Positions 7,866 through 16,526 are shown, numbered from the stretch's first letter. The stretch: 40,000 nucleotides of DNA from an uncultured Acidobacteriota bacterium (GCA_963740015.1 CAVUCM010000021.1:1-40000), one strand, 5' to 3'. Notes: generated from the letters alone by a model not told the origin. Translations and numbers: made by a program.

Positions 7866-8891
7866 TCATGCGACTGCCCTCTGTACTTCCTCAACAAAAC
7901 GTTTGGTGTCCAAGAAATAGTTAGGATAGGCACGCCTGAGCGCTGCCATCGAGTCAACTGATACTAGAACCGCATCTCCAGAAGCAGTGGCAATTTCTTT
8001 CTCAGTCGTCAAATAATCGAGCTGCGCCTTTGTCAGCTCTCTCTTTGTGTACCCCAGAACGTTTACGCGCATCTTAGAGGTATCGAGTTCCAATAGATAG
8101 TATTCAGCATTTTTAACGGGTATCTCAACTGTTTGAAGTGCAGCCCCATAGGTGTGAAGTCGATTTGCAACGTCAAGTCTATTCGCATATTCACGAATTT
8201 CCTGCTTGAGTTCGTTTCGCTCCGTAGGTGTATTCGGCACGGGAGCAGTGTTTTCTCCTATAGCGATAGCAGTTCCCATCAATGCAAAAAATCTGAGCCA
8301 CTGGTCTTCCCCGACACTTGATTTAAGTGCTTGTCGAATGAATGTTCCAACAGTTTCAACCGCTGTCGCCCAAGCGTGCTGCAGTTGTGACCTCATCTGT
8401 ACTTCGATTCGAAGTCCGTTGTGAGTGGCTTTTTTGTCGCTATAGTATGCGTAGATCAGATGATAGCTGCGGTATCCCGAGTTTTTGGGGTTTGTAATGT
8501 AGTCGTCTTCACGCAGCAATTTGTGCTTCATATCGCTCGCTTTATAATCCTTAACCAATTTTTCTACGAGATCATTTGAACTAACGACGGCGCGGCACCC
8601 TCCAATATCGTGCATTCTCGAAAGTTTCATTCCGTGTGCGAGCCTCAATTTAAGAGAGATGGACGATAGCCTCTTGATTCGCTGAGCGACCAAGGCGCTT
8701 TCGTCGACCTTCTCGGCATGTCGGCGTAGTCCCAAACGAAATGTATATAGAGGCCGACTATGCGAAGCACGCCAGTTGTTGATAATAGTGAGTGCCTCAT
8801 CAAATTTCGCCGAATCAGGCTGGTCTGAAATCAGGAGCTCGCCAGCCCAATCCACACGCGACCGTGAGTATTGTGGGCATACCCATTCCAT
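7866..8891 (-). CDS. Stand-alone RelA/SpoT-family nucleotide pyrophosphokinase (small alarmone synthetase / toxSAS-like), 341 aa
   Basis: Synthetase-fold motifs are AQRIKRLSSISLKL, MHDIGGCRAVV, GYRSYHLIY and RIEVQMRSQLQHAWATAVE (aa ~65-185, nt ~8699-8336). It has no hydrolase, TGS or ACT domains. A ~150-aa C-terminal domain has unknown function. Confidence 0.8.
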   Translation of the reverse strand: MEWVCPQYSRSRVDWAGELLISDQPDSAKFDEALTIINNWRASHSRPLYTFRLGLRRHAEKVDESALVAQRIKRLSSISLKLRLAHGMKLSRMHDIGGCRAVVSSNDLVEKLVKDYKASDMKHKLLREDDYITNPKNSGYRSYHLIYAYYSDKKATHNGLRIEVQMRSQLQHAWATAVETVGTFIRQALKSSVGEDQWLRFFALMGTAIAIGENTAPVPNTPTERNELKQEIREYANRLDVANRLHTYGAALQTVEIPVKNAEYYLLELDTSKMRVNVLGYTKRELTKAQLDYLTTEKEIATASGDAVLVSVDSMAALRRAYPNYFLDTKRFVEEVQRAVA

Positions 8892-8964
8892 ATTCCTCTA
8901 ATATACGACGTTTTCTCAAAACGACTCATGTCGTTGCCTGCGGAATCAGAATGGGGTCGCGCTC

Positions 8965-11514
8965 TTAAGACTCTGCCTGGGTTTCTATACTTGAACTTGG
9001 TTTCGAAACCAAACCCAGATCAATTAAAGTGGAAATGGCCCTCGAAACTAGATTGGGTGTTAGATCGAGATCTCGCGCTATCGTCTTGTGAATGCCTTGT
9101 GGCCAATGATCTTTTGGAAGTGCGGCCTGCACGCGGCCCAGCAGAACTTCATCGCGGATTGGCGCTCTGAACTTATATTCTGCATTAGGGGGGAACTTAC
9201 TTAGTAGTATCGATTCAAGTATTTCGCGACTTGGCCTATCGAGTTTGTCGAAAATACCCAATTGGAGTAAGGAGCGATAAACCGTACTCCGGAATTCATT
9301 TACTAGCACCGGCTTGGTTTGCCCAATCAATCTATCCCTAGATACGTCAAACACTACGCTGCTGTCTGGCTGGACTTCGATATCGAACGCCAACGGCAGA
9401 ACTATCTTGCCCGCACTATGGAGTCTTTTCTGGCCTTTCAAGGTCATCTTGAATCCATTTACAGTGACGCGATTCCCTTCGTATCCGTCAAAAATTAATT
9501 CTGGAGTTAGGTCGTGAAACCATCCTTTCTTTTTCGTTGGTCCAACCAATGAAAGCCCATCAGGAGACTTGCGAAGAATCAGGAATGCTATCCCCGAAAT
9601 TATTTGGCTTAAACCCTCAAGCGGAATCGAAATGATTTCCAGCCCCAATGAGTCGGCCACAGCCGTCGCCGTCTTATTAAGCCTCAGCCATGATTTTCGA
9701 TTGACATCGAACGGTCTCCCAATAAGATTGACGGTCGTGTTTACTTTGGGTCGTACCACAACGGTTCGAAGATACCGACGAACGTCGATCAGAAATTGCT
9801 CAACGTTGTTTTGGATATCCGGTCGCAAACGGACTCGAATCCGTGTTCCGGCGTCCCATTCCAAGTTCTCCTCGACAAAAACCAAGCCTCCCATTCGCTC
9901 GATCCGCACAAGCCTGGCGATAGAATCGAGCCTCGGGGATTTTGAGGCTCGCGTCAATACCTCCACAACATCCCCGATCATAAACAGTGAGGCAACTCCA
10001 ATTCCAAACCTTGCAATCGGGACAAATGGCGTACCTTGACTGCTTGTTTTAGACAACCGGAAGAATTCGGCTGAACGATAATAGCTATTTCCGAGTTTGA
10101 GAAAGTATTCGCTGAGGACATGCTCGTCCATTCCGATGCCATTGTCTGTTATTTCGATCCAAACGGCCTTCATCGCGTCAGTGTATAGACCTAATTTCAC
10201 TGCAGGTTTGTAGTCAGGGCCTGACGAAAGTTCTGCCTGCGCGACGCATGCATCTACTGAATTCTGAATAAGCTCCCTAAGGGCCACCCCCTTCTGGGAA
10301 TATAGGTGTTCGCCCATCAAAAGCGACATGATCGCTACTTGATTCATAACAAGAGACATTTCCTTATAAATGTACCCTACCGATGTAACTTGAGGTCTCA
10401 CCACGACGGGCAACTGGAGTTTGTAAATGCCAGCGATCTCGCCTGTGTTATGCGCCAGAACTGTACTTGTGTCTCGAACTTCTCGCTCAATCAGCTGGCA
10501 GAATTCTCGAATTGATTTTTCAATTGCCGGATGTTTAGACTCGGCAGCGATAACTATCTCGTCTTTACGGATGTCGAGACTATGTACCGCCATGTGCTTC
10601 TGCCACTCTTGCAGGCTAACTTCAGCTCCTGGCAGCGCACGGGAAGAAATACCCAAACTCTCAAACAATACTCTGGGTGTGCGTTCACGGTCGAAATCAA
10701 GCACGTCGGTGATTCGCAATACGGAGGCACAAAATTGTGAATTGAGTCGCTGGCTACTCAGAACAAGTTGACGGGGGAATCGTTCGTCATTGGACGCTCT
10801 TACTTCCGCAAGTACTCCCGCGTCCAAATTGTGGCTCGCGCAGATATTTATTAAGTGTTGTTCAAATGAGACTCCTCTGAATTCGAACAAGTCGTTCCGA
10901 CCAGATGATTTCTTTAAGAGTGAAATCAGCTCACGATACCTTTGTTCAGTAGCATGCCTTGGTCTGAGATAGGTCACGAATGCAGCTTCCTGTAGCTGAA
11001 AGAGTTCGCCTTCGATTCTGAGGCGTTCTGCTTCTACAGCTGCTGCACCCAACTTCGGACTCTCAGGACTGTCCCCCAGTTCGACGATCTCTTGAAGCCG
11101 TTTTCGTGATCTTTGGAATGCCTCCGATAGTTCCGGCCATTCCGTAAGCACATCTTGAAAATCCTGGCTTTCAAGAATTCGCGCCCGCTCCTCAGGCGAA
11201 GTGATGGACATGCCAAGATCATGTAGATATGCAGAGTAAGCGATTACCAGAATTTCAAGCGCCGAAAGCGACTCCCGGGTGCTTGGGTCGATTACATATT
11301 CACAAAGATGCAGAAGCTTTTTGGCATGGTCCCTATTATGCAGAGTGAAATGCTTGAATGGCCCGGATATTATGGAATCCAAAAGAGGAGTAGCCTGCTC
11401 GACCAAGATGTCGAGCTTTTCTATGGCACCATCCCCCGGCGAACTCTTGTTCTTGAGTTGTCGATAGATCAAGCATTCGCGAAAGTCCATCGGAGCGGGA
11501 GGTATGGGTGTCAT
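8965..11514 (-). CDS. HD-domain phosphohydrolase fused to a GHKL (Hsp90/MORC-like) ATPase, 849 aa
   Basis: HD motifs are FTLHNRDHAKKL and AYLHDLGM (H98-D99, ~11223), with later LRITDVLDFDRERTP. Bergerat-fold motifs are LRELIQNSVDAC (ExxxNxxDA, ~10275), ITDNGIGMD (~10146) and ARFGIGVASLF. The C-terminal ~300 aa is unassigned and ends in an HTH-like TIARDLDLTPNLVSRAISTLIDLGLV. Confidence 0.75.
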   Translation of the reverse strand: MTPIPPAPMDFRECLIYRQLKNKSSPGDGAIEKLDILVEQATPLLDSIISGPFKHFTLHNRDHAKKLLHLCEYVIDPSTRESLSALEILVIAYSAYLHDLGMSITSPEERARILESQDFQDVLTEWPELSEAFQRSRKRLQEIVELGDSPESPKLGAAAVEAERLRIEGELFQLQEAAFVTYLRPRHATEQRYRELISLLKKSSGRNDLFEFRGVSFEQHLINICASHNLDAGVLAEVRASNDERFPRQLVLSSQRLNSQFCASVLRITDVLDFDRERTPRVLFESLGISSRALPGAEVSLQEWQKHMAVHSLDIRKDEIVIAAESKHPAIEKSIREFCQLIEREVRDTSTVLAHNTGEIAGIYKLQLPVVVRPQVTSVGYIYKEMSLVMNQVAIMSLLMGEHLYSQKGVALRELIQNSVDACVAQAELSSGPDYKPAVKLGLYTDAMKAVWIEITDNGIGMDEHVLSEYFLKLGNSYYRSAEFFRLSKTSSQGTPFVPIARFGIGVASLFMIGDVVEVLTRASKSPRLDSIARLVRIERMGGLVFVEENLEWDAGTRIRVRLRPDIQNNVEQFLIDVRRYLRTVVVRPKVNTTVNLIGRPFDVNRKSWLRLNKTATAVADSLGLEIISIPLEGLSQIISGIAFLILRKSPDGLSLVGPTKKKGWFHDLTPELIFDGYEGNRVTVNGFKMTLKGQKRLHSAGKIVLPLAFDIEVQPDSSVVFDVSRDRLIGQTKPVLVNEFRSTVYRSLLQLGIFDKLDRPSREILESILLSKFPPNAEYKFRAPIRDEVLLGRVQAALPKDHWPQGIHKTIARDLDLTPNLVSRAISTLIDLGLVSKPSSSIETQAES

Positions 11515-11712
11515 TCGCGCAATCCAACCTAGAGTTGACGCCCTTCAACGTAACACATCAGATAGCGTTCGTGTTATTGCGTCATACGAATGGAACCTCC
11601 AACGCTACGCTAAATGCTGTCCATGAATCGCTGCCGATATCTACCGGACAATCACTCCGTCAGCACAAATAGGGCAGTTTCGCTCTAGCCTATCCCCTAT
11701 CCCCCAACCGCG

Positions 11713-11741
11713 TTGACAGGCGAAGAAAAGGCGGCAATACT
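11713..11741 (+). promoter_or_regulatory. Putative sigma70-type promoter of ruvA
   Basis: TTGACA (11713-11718), a 17-nt spacer, then AATACT (11736-11741). The ruvA ATG at 11750 is only 8 nt downstream of the -10 and has no SD. Confidence 0.45.
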
Positions 11742-11749
11742 GGCCTTCC

Positions 11750-12373
11750 ATGATTGGCCAGCTTCGCGGACGCCTCGACGAAAAACGCCCGAATCAAGTG
11801 CTCGTCGATGTCGGCGGCGTGGGCTATCTTGTTCAAGTCCCGCTTTCCTCCTACGCAGCGCTCGGCGAGCTCCACACCGAAGTCACTCTTCTCATTCACA
11901 CACATGTTCGCGAGGATGCACTCGCCCTATACGGCTTTGTGTCTTCTCGCGAAAAGCATCTTTTTGAGTTGCTCCTCTCTGCTTCCGGCGTCGGGCCTTC
12001 TCTGGCCTTGAAAATTCTCTCTGGTATGAGCGTTGAGGAACTCGTCCCTGCCATTCGTGGCAACGATTTAGGGCGCCTAACGAAAATTCCAGGCGTTGGC
12101 CGCAAAACCGCCGAGCGCATGGTCGTTGAGCTAAAGGACAAGCTTGAGGCCGTCGTGTTGGAGACCCAGAAACCAGCAGTCGCCTCCCCTGCAGGCGCGG
12201 AAGCCGACGTTATCTCCGCGCTAATCAATCTTGGCTACGATGCGCGCGCCGCCGAAGCCGCGGCAGGCGAGGCCAAGCGCGAAGCTGGCACAACGAATTT
12301 CGAGAAATTGTTGCGTGCTGCCTTGCAATCGCTAGCCGCGCCCAAAGGTCGCACAACTCATGCCGGCGCCTAA
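11750..12373 (+). CDS. ruvA: Holliday junction branch-migration complex subunit RuvA
   Basis: MIGQLRGRLDEKRPNQVLVDVGGVGYLVQVP..., then the HhH region LTKIPGVGRKTAERMVVELKDK. The C-terminal domain III reads DVISALINLGYDARAAEAA. Confidence 0.95.
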   Translation: MIGQLRGRLDEKRPNQVLVDVGGVGYLVQVPLSSYAALGELHTEVTLLIHTHVREDALALYGFVSSREKHLFELLLSASGVGPSLALKILSGMSVEELVPAIRGNDLGRLTKIPGVGRKTAERMVVELKDKLEAVVLETQKPAVASPAGAEADVISALINLGYDARAAEAAAGEAKREAGTTNFEKLLRAALQSLAAPKGRTTHAGA

Positions 12374-12387
12374 TCTTGTAGTTGTAG

Positions 12388-12407
12388 GGCCGACCTTTAG
12401 GTCGGCC
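12388..12407. repeat. Perfect GC-rich hairpin between ruvA and ruvB (REP-like or attenuator)
   Basis: GGCCGACC-TTTA-GGTCGGCC, an 8-bp perfect stem with a 4-nt loop. No T-tract follows. Confidence 0.5.
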
Positions 12408-12437
12408 AGCGGTCTAAAATAAAGCGAAGCCTCAACA

Positions 12438-13493
12438 ATGCCCGACACTAGCGCAAAACGATCCATGGATCGAAACGAACAACACAGAATCGTCTCCGGC
12501 GCTTCCTATGATGAAGACGCCCGCATCGAAGCCAGTGTCCGCCCCAAGCGCCTCGACGAATACATTGGCCAAAAACGCGTAAAAGAAAACATCTCTATCG
12601 CCATCGAAGCTGCCCGCAGCCGCGGCGAGGCCCTCGATCACGTCCTCCTTTACGGTCCGCCTGGCCTCGGAAAAACCACTCTGGCGCAAATTATCGCAAA
12701 CGAACTTCAAGTCCCCATCAAGACGAGTGCGGGGCCGCTGCTCGAGCGCAAAGGCGACCTGACCGCAATCCTCACCTCGCTCGAAGGTAAGGAAGTTTTC
12801 TTTCTCGATGAAATTCACCGCCTGCAACCCGCCGTCGAAGAAATCCTCTATCCCGCGATGGAGGATTTTCGCGTCGACTTGATCATCGGCCAGGGCCCCG
12901 GCGCCCGCATTCATCCATTTCAACTGGGACATTTCACACTCATCGGCGCCACCACACGCGCTGGACTGATCACAGCACCTCTGCGATCGCGCTTCGGCAT
13001 CGTCCACCGCCTCGATTTCTACGAGCCCGAGGATTTGCTGATCATTATTCACCGCTCCGCCAAAATCCTGAATATCCTGATGGACGACGGTGGCGCCGAA
13101 GAAATCGCCCGTCGCTGCCGAGGCACGCCGCGTATCGCCAACCGCCTGCTTCGCCGTTCTCGTGATTTTGCCGAAGTACGCGCAGCAGGCCGCATCACCC
13201 GCGCCGTGGCGCAAGAAGCCTTGGCCATGCTTGGCGTCGACGAAAGCGGCCTCGACGAAGTCGACCGCAACCTAATGCTGGCTCTTTTGGATAAATACGG
13301 AGGTGGCCCGGTAGGCCTCGGAACGCTCGCCGCAGCTCTTTCCGAAGAAGAGGACGCCATCGAAGAAATCTACGAGCCCTATCTTATGCAGATTGGTTTG
13401 ATTGACCGCACGCAACGCGGCCGCGTGGCCACTGCCCGCGCCTACGAATATTTCGGCAAAGAACTACCCAAGCGCCAGCCTCGCCTCTTCTGA
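12438..13493 (+). CDS. ruvB: Holliday junction DNA helicase RuvB
   Basis: Walker [15 protein letters not shown], Walker [30 protein letters not shown] and [13 protein letters not shown]. Confidence 0.97.
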   Translation: MPDTSAKRSMDRNEQHRIVSGASYDEDARIEASVRPKRLDEYIGQKRVKENISIAIEAARSRGEALDHVLLYGPPGLGKTTLAQIIANELQVPIKTSAGPLLERKGDLTAILTSLEGKEVFFLDEIHRLQPAVEEILYPAMEDFRVDLIIGQGPGARIHPFQLGHFTLIGATTRAGLITAPLRSRFGIVHRLDFYEPEDLLIIIHRSAKILNILMDDGGAEEIARRCRGTPRIANRLLRRSRDFAEVRAAGRITRAVAQEALAMLGVDESGLDEVDRNLMLALLDKYGGGPVGLGTLAAALSEEEDAIEEIYEPYLMQIGLIDRTQRGRVATARAYEYFGKELPKRQPRLF

Positions 13494-13572
13494 GCCTGTC
13501 GGGAGGATTTCAATACCTCTATATCTGCCGCACCAGAATCCAACCGTCACTGTTTGCTAGAATGAATCGACT

Positions 13573-14073
13573 ATGAGCGTAATCGACGAAGTTCTTCAAG
13601 CTAACGAACTTTACTCTCGCACGCACGAACTGCGAAAACTCACGCCGCGCCCCGAGCGCCATCTAGCCATCCTGACCTGCATGGATACGCGGCTTTCGAT
13701 TCGCACTCTCGGTCTGAAAACCGGCGACGCCCACATCATTCGAAACGCCGGCGGCATCGTCACGGAAGATACCCTGCGCTCCTTGGTCGTCTCCCACTAC
13801 CTTCTGGACACCAAGGAATTCATGGTCATCAACCACACAGATTGTGGCCTGATGCTTACCTCCGAACAGGATTTGCGCAACAGGATCCAGAATCGTGCGG
13901 GAACCGCAGCGATCTCTCCCGCGTTCTTTTACGCCTTCCAGAACATCGACGAGAATGTTCGTCATCAATTGCAAAAGCTGCGCACGCATCCTTGGGTTCC
14001 CAAAGAGGTCACAGTGCGAGGTTTTGTATATGACGTGGCCACTGGCAAACTTCGCGAGATCGCAGCCAGTTAG
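13573..14073 (+). CDS. Beta-class carbonic anhydrase
   Basis: The zinc-ligand motifs are CMDTRL and NHTDCG. Length is 166 aa. Confidence 0.85.
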   Translation: MSVIDEVLQANELYSRTHELRKLTPRPERHLAILTCMDTRLSIRTLGLKTGDAHIIRNAGGIVTEDTLRSLVVSHYLLDTKEFMVINHTDCGLMLTSEQDLRNRIQNRAGTAAISPAFFYAFQNIDENVRHQLQKLRTHPWVPKEVTVRGFVYDVATGKLREIAAS

Positions 14074-14099
14074 CCGCGAAGCGCCTAGCGCCTATCAAA

Positions 14100-14585
14100 A
14101 TGCCCACGATCTATCTCTCGCTTGGTTCAAATATAGGCGACCGCCAATCCAACATCCGTGCGGCAATCGCCGCGCTTCCTTCCGCCGGCGTCCACGTCAA
14201 TCAGGTTTCGTCGCTATACGAAACCGAGCCCGTCGACTTTCTCGACCAACCGTGGTTTCTCAATTGTGTAGTGGAAACAGAAACGAGTCTGGAGCCCCAC
14301 GCACTGTTGCAGGCGTTACGCGCCATCGAAACGCAACTCGGTAGCAAAAAAGACTTCGCAAAAGGTCCACGCAAAATCGACCTGGACATTCTTCTGTACG
14401 ACGCCGAAACGATTGCCACCCCAGAGTTGCAAGTGCCCCATCCTCGAATGCTCCAGCGCCGCTTCGTCCTCACCCCGTTAGCCGAAATCGCTCCCGATCT
14501 CATGCACCCGTCCTGGCCAGCCACCGCCGCAGCTCTGCTCGGTCACGTCGCGGATAGCAGTCGAGTCATCCGCCTCAATCCGTAG
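14100..14585 (+). CDS. folK: 2-amino-4-hydroxy-6-hydroxymethyldihydropteridine diphosphokinase (HPPK)
   Basis: LSLGSNIGDR, YETEPVDFLDQPWFLN, GPRKIDLDILLYD, PHPRMLQRRFVLTPLAEI. Confidence 0.9.
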   Translation: MPTIYLSLGSNIGDRQSNIRAAIAALPSAGVHVNQVSSLYETEPVDFLDQPWFLNCVVETETSLEPHALLQALRAIETQLGSKKDFAKGPRKIDLDILLYDAETIATPELQVPHPRMLQRRFVLTPLAEIAPDLMHPSWPATAAALLGHVADSSRVIRLNP

Positions 14586-14633
14586 GGGCACGGCACGTTT
14601 ACCCTGAGCTTCGAAGGGCCGTGCCCTTCTTCC
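14586..14633 (+). terminator. Possible folK terminator hairpin
   Basis: GGGCACGGC (14586-14594) pairs perfectly with GCCGTGCCC (14618-14626). The loop is 23 nt and TTCTTCC follows. The long loop and weak T-tract keep confidence low. Confidence 0.35.
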
Positions 14634-14668
14634 TGCGTCCAGACAGTCTCCGTCTTAGGCGCAACGCC

Positions 14669-15838
14669 TCACGACGTCCGATGCAACAACAACCGATGTA
14701 AAGTCATCGCTCGCGGCGCAATCGATTCCAACTCAATCAAAGATAGTCTTCCCTCCGTAATCTCCCGCCAACGGTAAACCCCCGGCTCGCTTTCGACCAC
14801 CTCTCTCCCATTCAAATTCCGCAAAAACTCTCGCGCATCCGTAATCGCCGCCGTCTCCCGGTAACTCGGCCGCGCCAAAGCCTCCACCGCGTAACTCCGC
14901 AGCAGTTTGCTCCAATAATGCTCAAACAACTCTCCGGACGCAAAAATGTCGCTCCATGCGATATCTCCGCCATACGCCACGACTACGCCAACAACGCGCT
15001 CACCCTTAAGTCCAAGAGTCGCCCGGTCAAACCGTCTGCGCAATTCCTCGACAAACTCATCGACCGAGGCTCCTGCGCGGCTGTGCTCATAGATTCTTGC
15101 ATAGGACTGCGTAGGTGCCGACGTGGCAATCGCATCCCGGATGACATCGGCGCTGAGTGCTGCCGGGGGCGGTGGAGGGATAGCCGGCCGTCCCCCACCT
15201 CCAGAAGGTTCTGCTTTTGGCGCAGCCAAAGTTCCGGAGCGCACGGCATTCCACACCTCATTCTGGTTTTGCGCCACCGCCGCCTGCTCGCGCACGCTCG
15301 GATGCACAATCACCTTAGCTTCTCCAAATTGCGAGCTCGCTCCCGTCCACCGCCCATGCTCTACGCAAAAAACGTCCAGCGGCAGTGGTTCCGACCCAAC
15401 CGGCACAATCCTGTCCTTCCCAATAATCCGGTCCTGCTTTCCCCCACTCACCAACTCGCCTGCCAGCAAAAGCAACGGCCGCTTGCTGCGGTTGATCAAA
15501 ACAAGCTGATTGACGCTCGCGCCGCTGTTGTACTGCGGCATGGCCACCGGCCGCCCGTCTCGCGTCCGGGCCAAACCAGCCGCCCCCTGCTCGCTGACAA
15601 TCACCTCTCCGCTCGAAAGCCCCTCATCCAAAGTCAAAAATGGCGAAGTGTCCTGCGTGGAAGAACTTACGACCGGAAAGATTGCGATGTTTTCGTAAGC
15701 CACCGGATCCAATAGACGCCAATTTCCTTCCGGGTTCCCCGGCGCCGGATTCGGTGCCGCCCCAATAAGCGCCAATCCACCCAACGCGCTCACCCCAAAC
15801 AAACTCCCTAAAATGCTACCCAGCATAGATCGATGCAT
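14669..15838 (-). CDS. Exported conserved hypothetical protein (389 aa)
   Basis: Signal-like N-terminus MLGSILGSLFGVSALGGLALIGA. The pattern YENIAIFPV...LTLDEGLSSGEVIVSE...LLLLAGELVSGGKQDRI...VFCVEHGRWTG resembles, from memory, a DUF6569/ARPP-1-type family. GGAGG is 4 nt upstream of the ATG. Confidence 0.6.
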   Translation of the reverse strand: MHRSMLGSILGSLFGVSALGGLALIGAAPNPAPGNPEGNWRLLDPVAYENIAIFPVVSSSTQDTSPFLTLDEGLSSGEVIVSEQGAAGLARTRDGRPVAMPQYNSGASVNQLVLINRSKRPLLLLAGELVSGGKQDRIIGKDRIVPVGSEPLPLDVFCVEHGRWTGASSQFGEAKVIVHPSVREQAAVAQNQNEVWNAVRSGTLAAPKAEPSGGGGRPAIPPPPPAALSADVIRDAIATSAPTQSYARIYEHSRAGASVDEFVEELRRRFDRATLGLKGERVVGVVVAYGGDIAWSDIFASGELFEHYWSKLLRSYAVEALARPSYRETAAITDAREFLRNLNGREVVESEPGVYRWREITEGRLSLIELESIAPRAMTLHRLLLHRTS

Positions 15839-15975
15839 AAACCCTCCTTCGCGCGCCCCTTCCAGGACGCACCTCGGGCTTAGAACGACTATCCTTGATT
15901 TTCTTGCAGATTAAATTGCAGGGAAGGCTTGCAGAATCCAGGCCTCGCGAGAAGTTGCTCCGCCGCGTGCCCGCT

Positions 15976-16482
15976 TCAGTTCAAGAGGGTGGTTTCGTTT
16001 GACTGTCTTTCCAACGCCCGCTTCCAGGCGCTGCACGTACCGCTCAGATCCTCATCCACATGGTACCGCCGGATAGCAAGTGCCGCCAGATGCGTCGCTC
16101 GCTGGATCAGCTTCAATTCAAATGCCGTAGGTGTCCGCGGAATGCAGCAGTACATCTCGAAAGACCCCAATACGTCTCCGTCCCGCAAGGGAATGTCCGC
16201 GGACCAATAAAGATGAACTCCAAACTGTAGAGCTCCCTTCGCGATAGTCTTGAAATCACGCTCTGTGTCATTTGGCAGCAACATGACCGAAACGATGTTT
16301 CCTATCTGCAGATCGATGGCTGTGCACAAGTTATTGAGAACAGCGGCAAGCGGCGCGCCCACCGAGATCATATCCAGAATGTTCTTTTCTCCTAGCAAAT
16401 ACGCATTCTTATTGTTGGTGCCACGCCTCTGCGACCGTAATCGTCTGCTGACCCATTTGCTTCGGCGTCCGCCTTCTCTCAT
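15976..16482 (-). CDS. GAF-domain protein (168 aa)
   Basis: GAF-like pattern ILDMISVGAPLAAVLNNLCTAIDLQIGNIVSVMLL...IPLRDGDVLGSFEMYC. AGGAG is 8 nt upstream. It lies immediately downstream of the GGDEF gene. Confidence 0.65.
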   Translation of the reverse strand: MREGGRRSKWVSRRLRSQRRGTNNKNAYLLGEKNILDMISVGAPLAAVLNNLCTAIDLQIGNIVSVMLLPNDTERDFKTIAKGALQFGVHLYWSADIPLRDGDVLGSFEMYCCIPRTPTAFELKLIQRATHLAALAIRRYHVDEDLSGTCSAWKRALERQSNETTLLN

Positions 16483-16526
16483 AGCTGCTTCTCCTAATCC
16501 TGCCTGTCAAATCCGCTCAGCAGGTC

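Noticed and set aside
11515-11749. tRNA or tmRNA integration target at the island boundary
   Set aside because: There is no T-loop (GGTTCGAAT-like) and no acceptor-stem complementarity. The other long spacers (17952-18153, 19200-19426, 21851-22077, 27597-27801) are also negative.
15904-15934. Sigma-54 promoter suggested by three TTGCAG hexamers (15904, 15916, 15929)
   Set aside because: On the relevant minus strand there is no GG-N10-GC arrangement (TGGCAC-N5-TTGCA). It is just a 12-13 bp-spaced hexamer repeat of unknown meaning upstream of 14669..15838.
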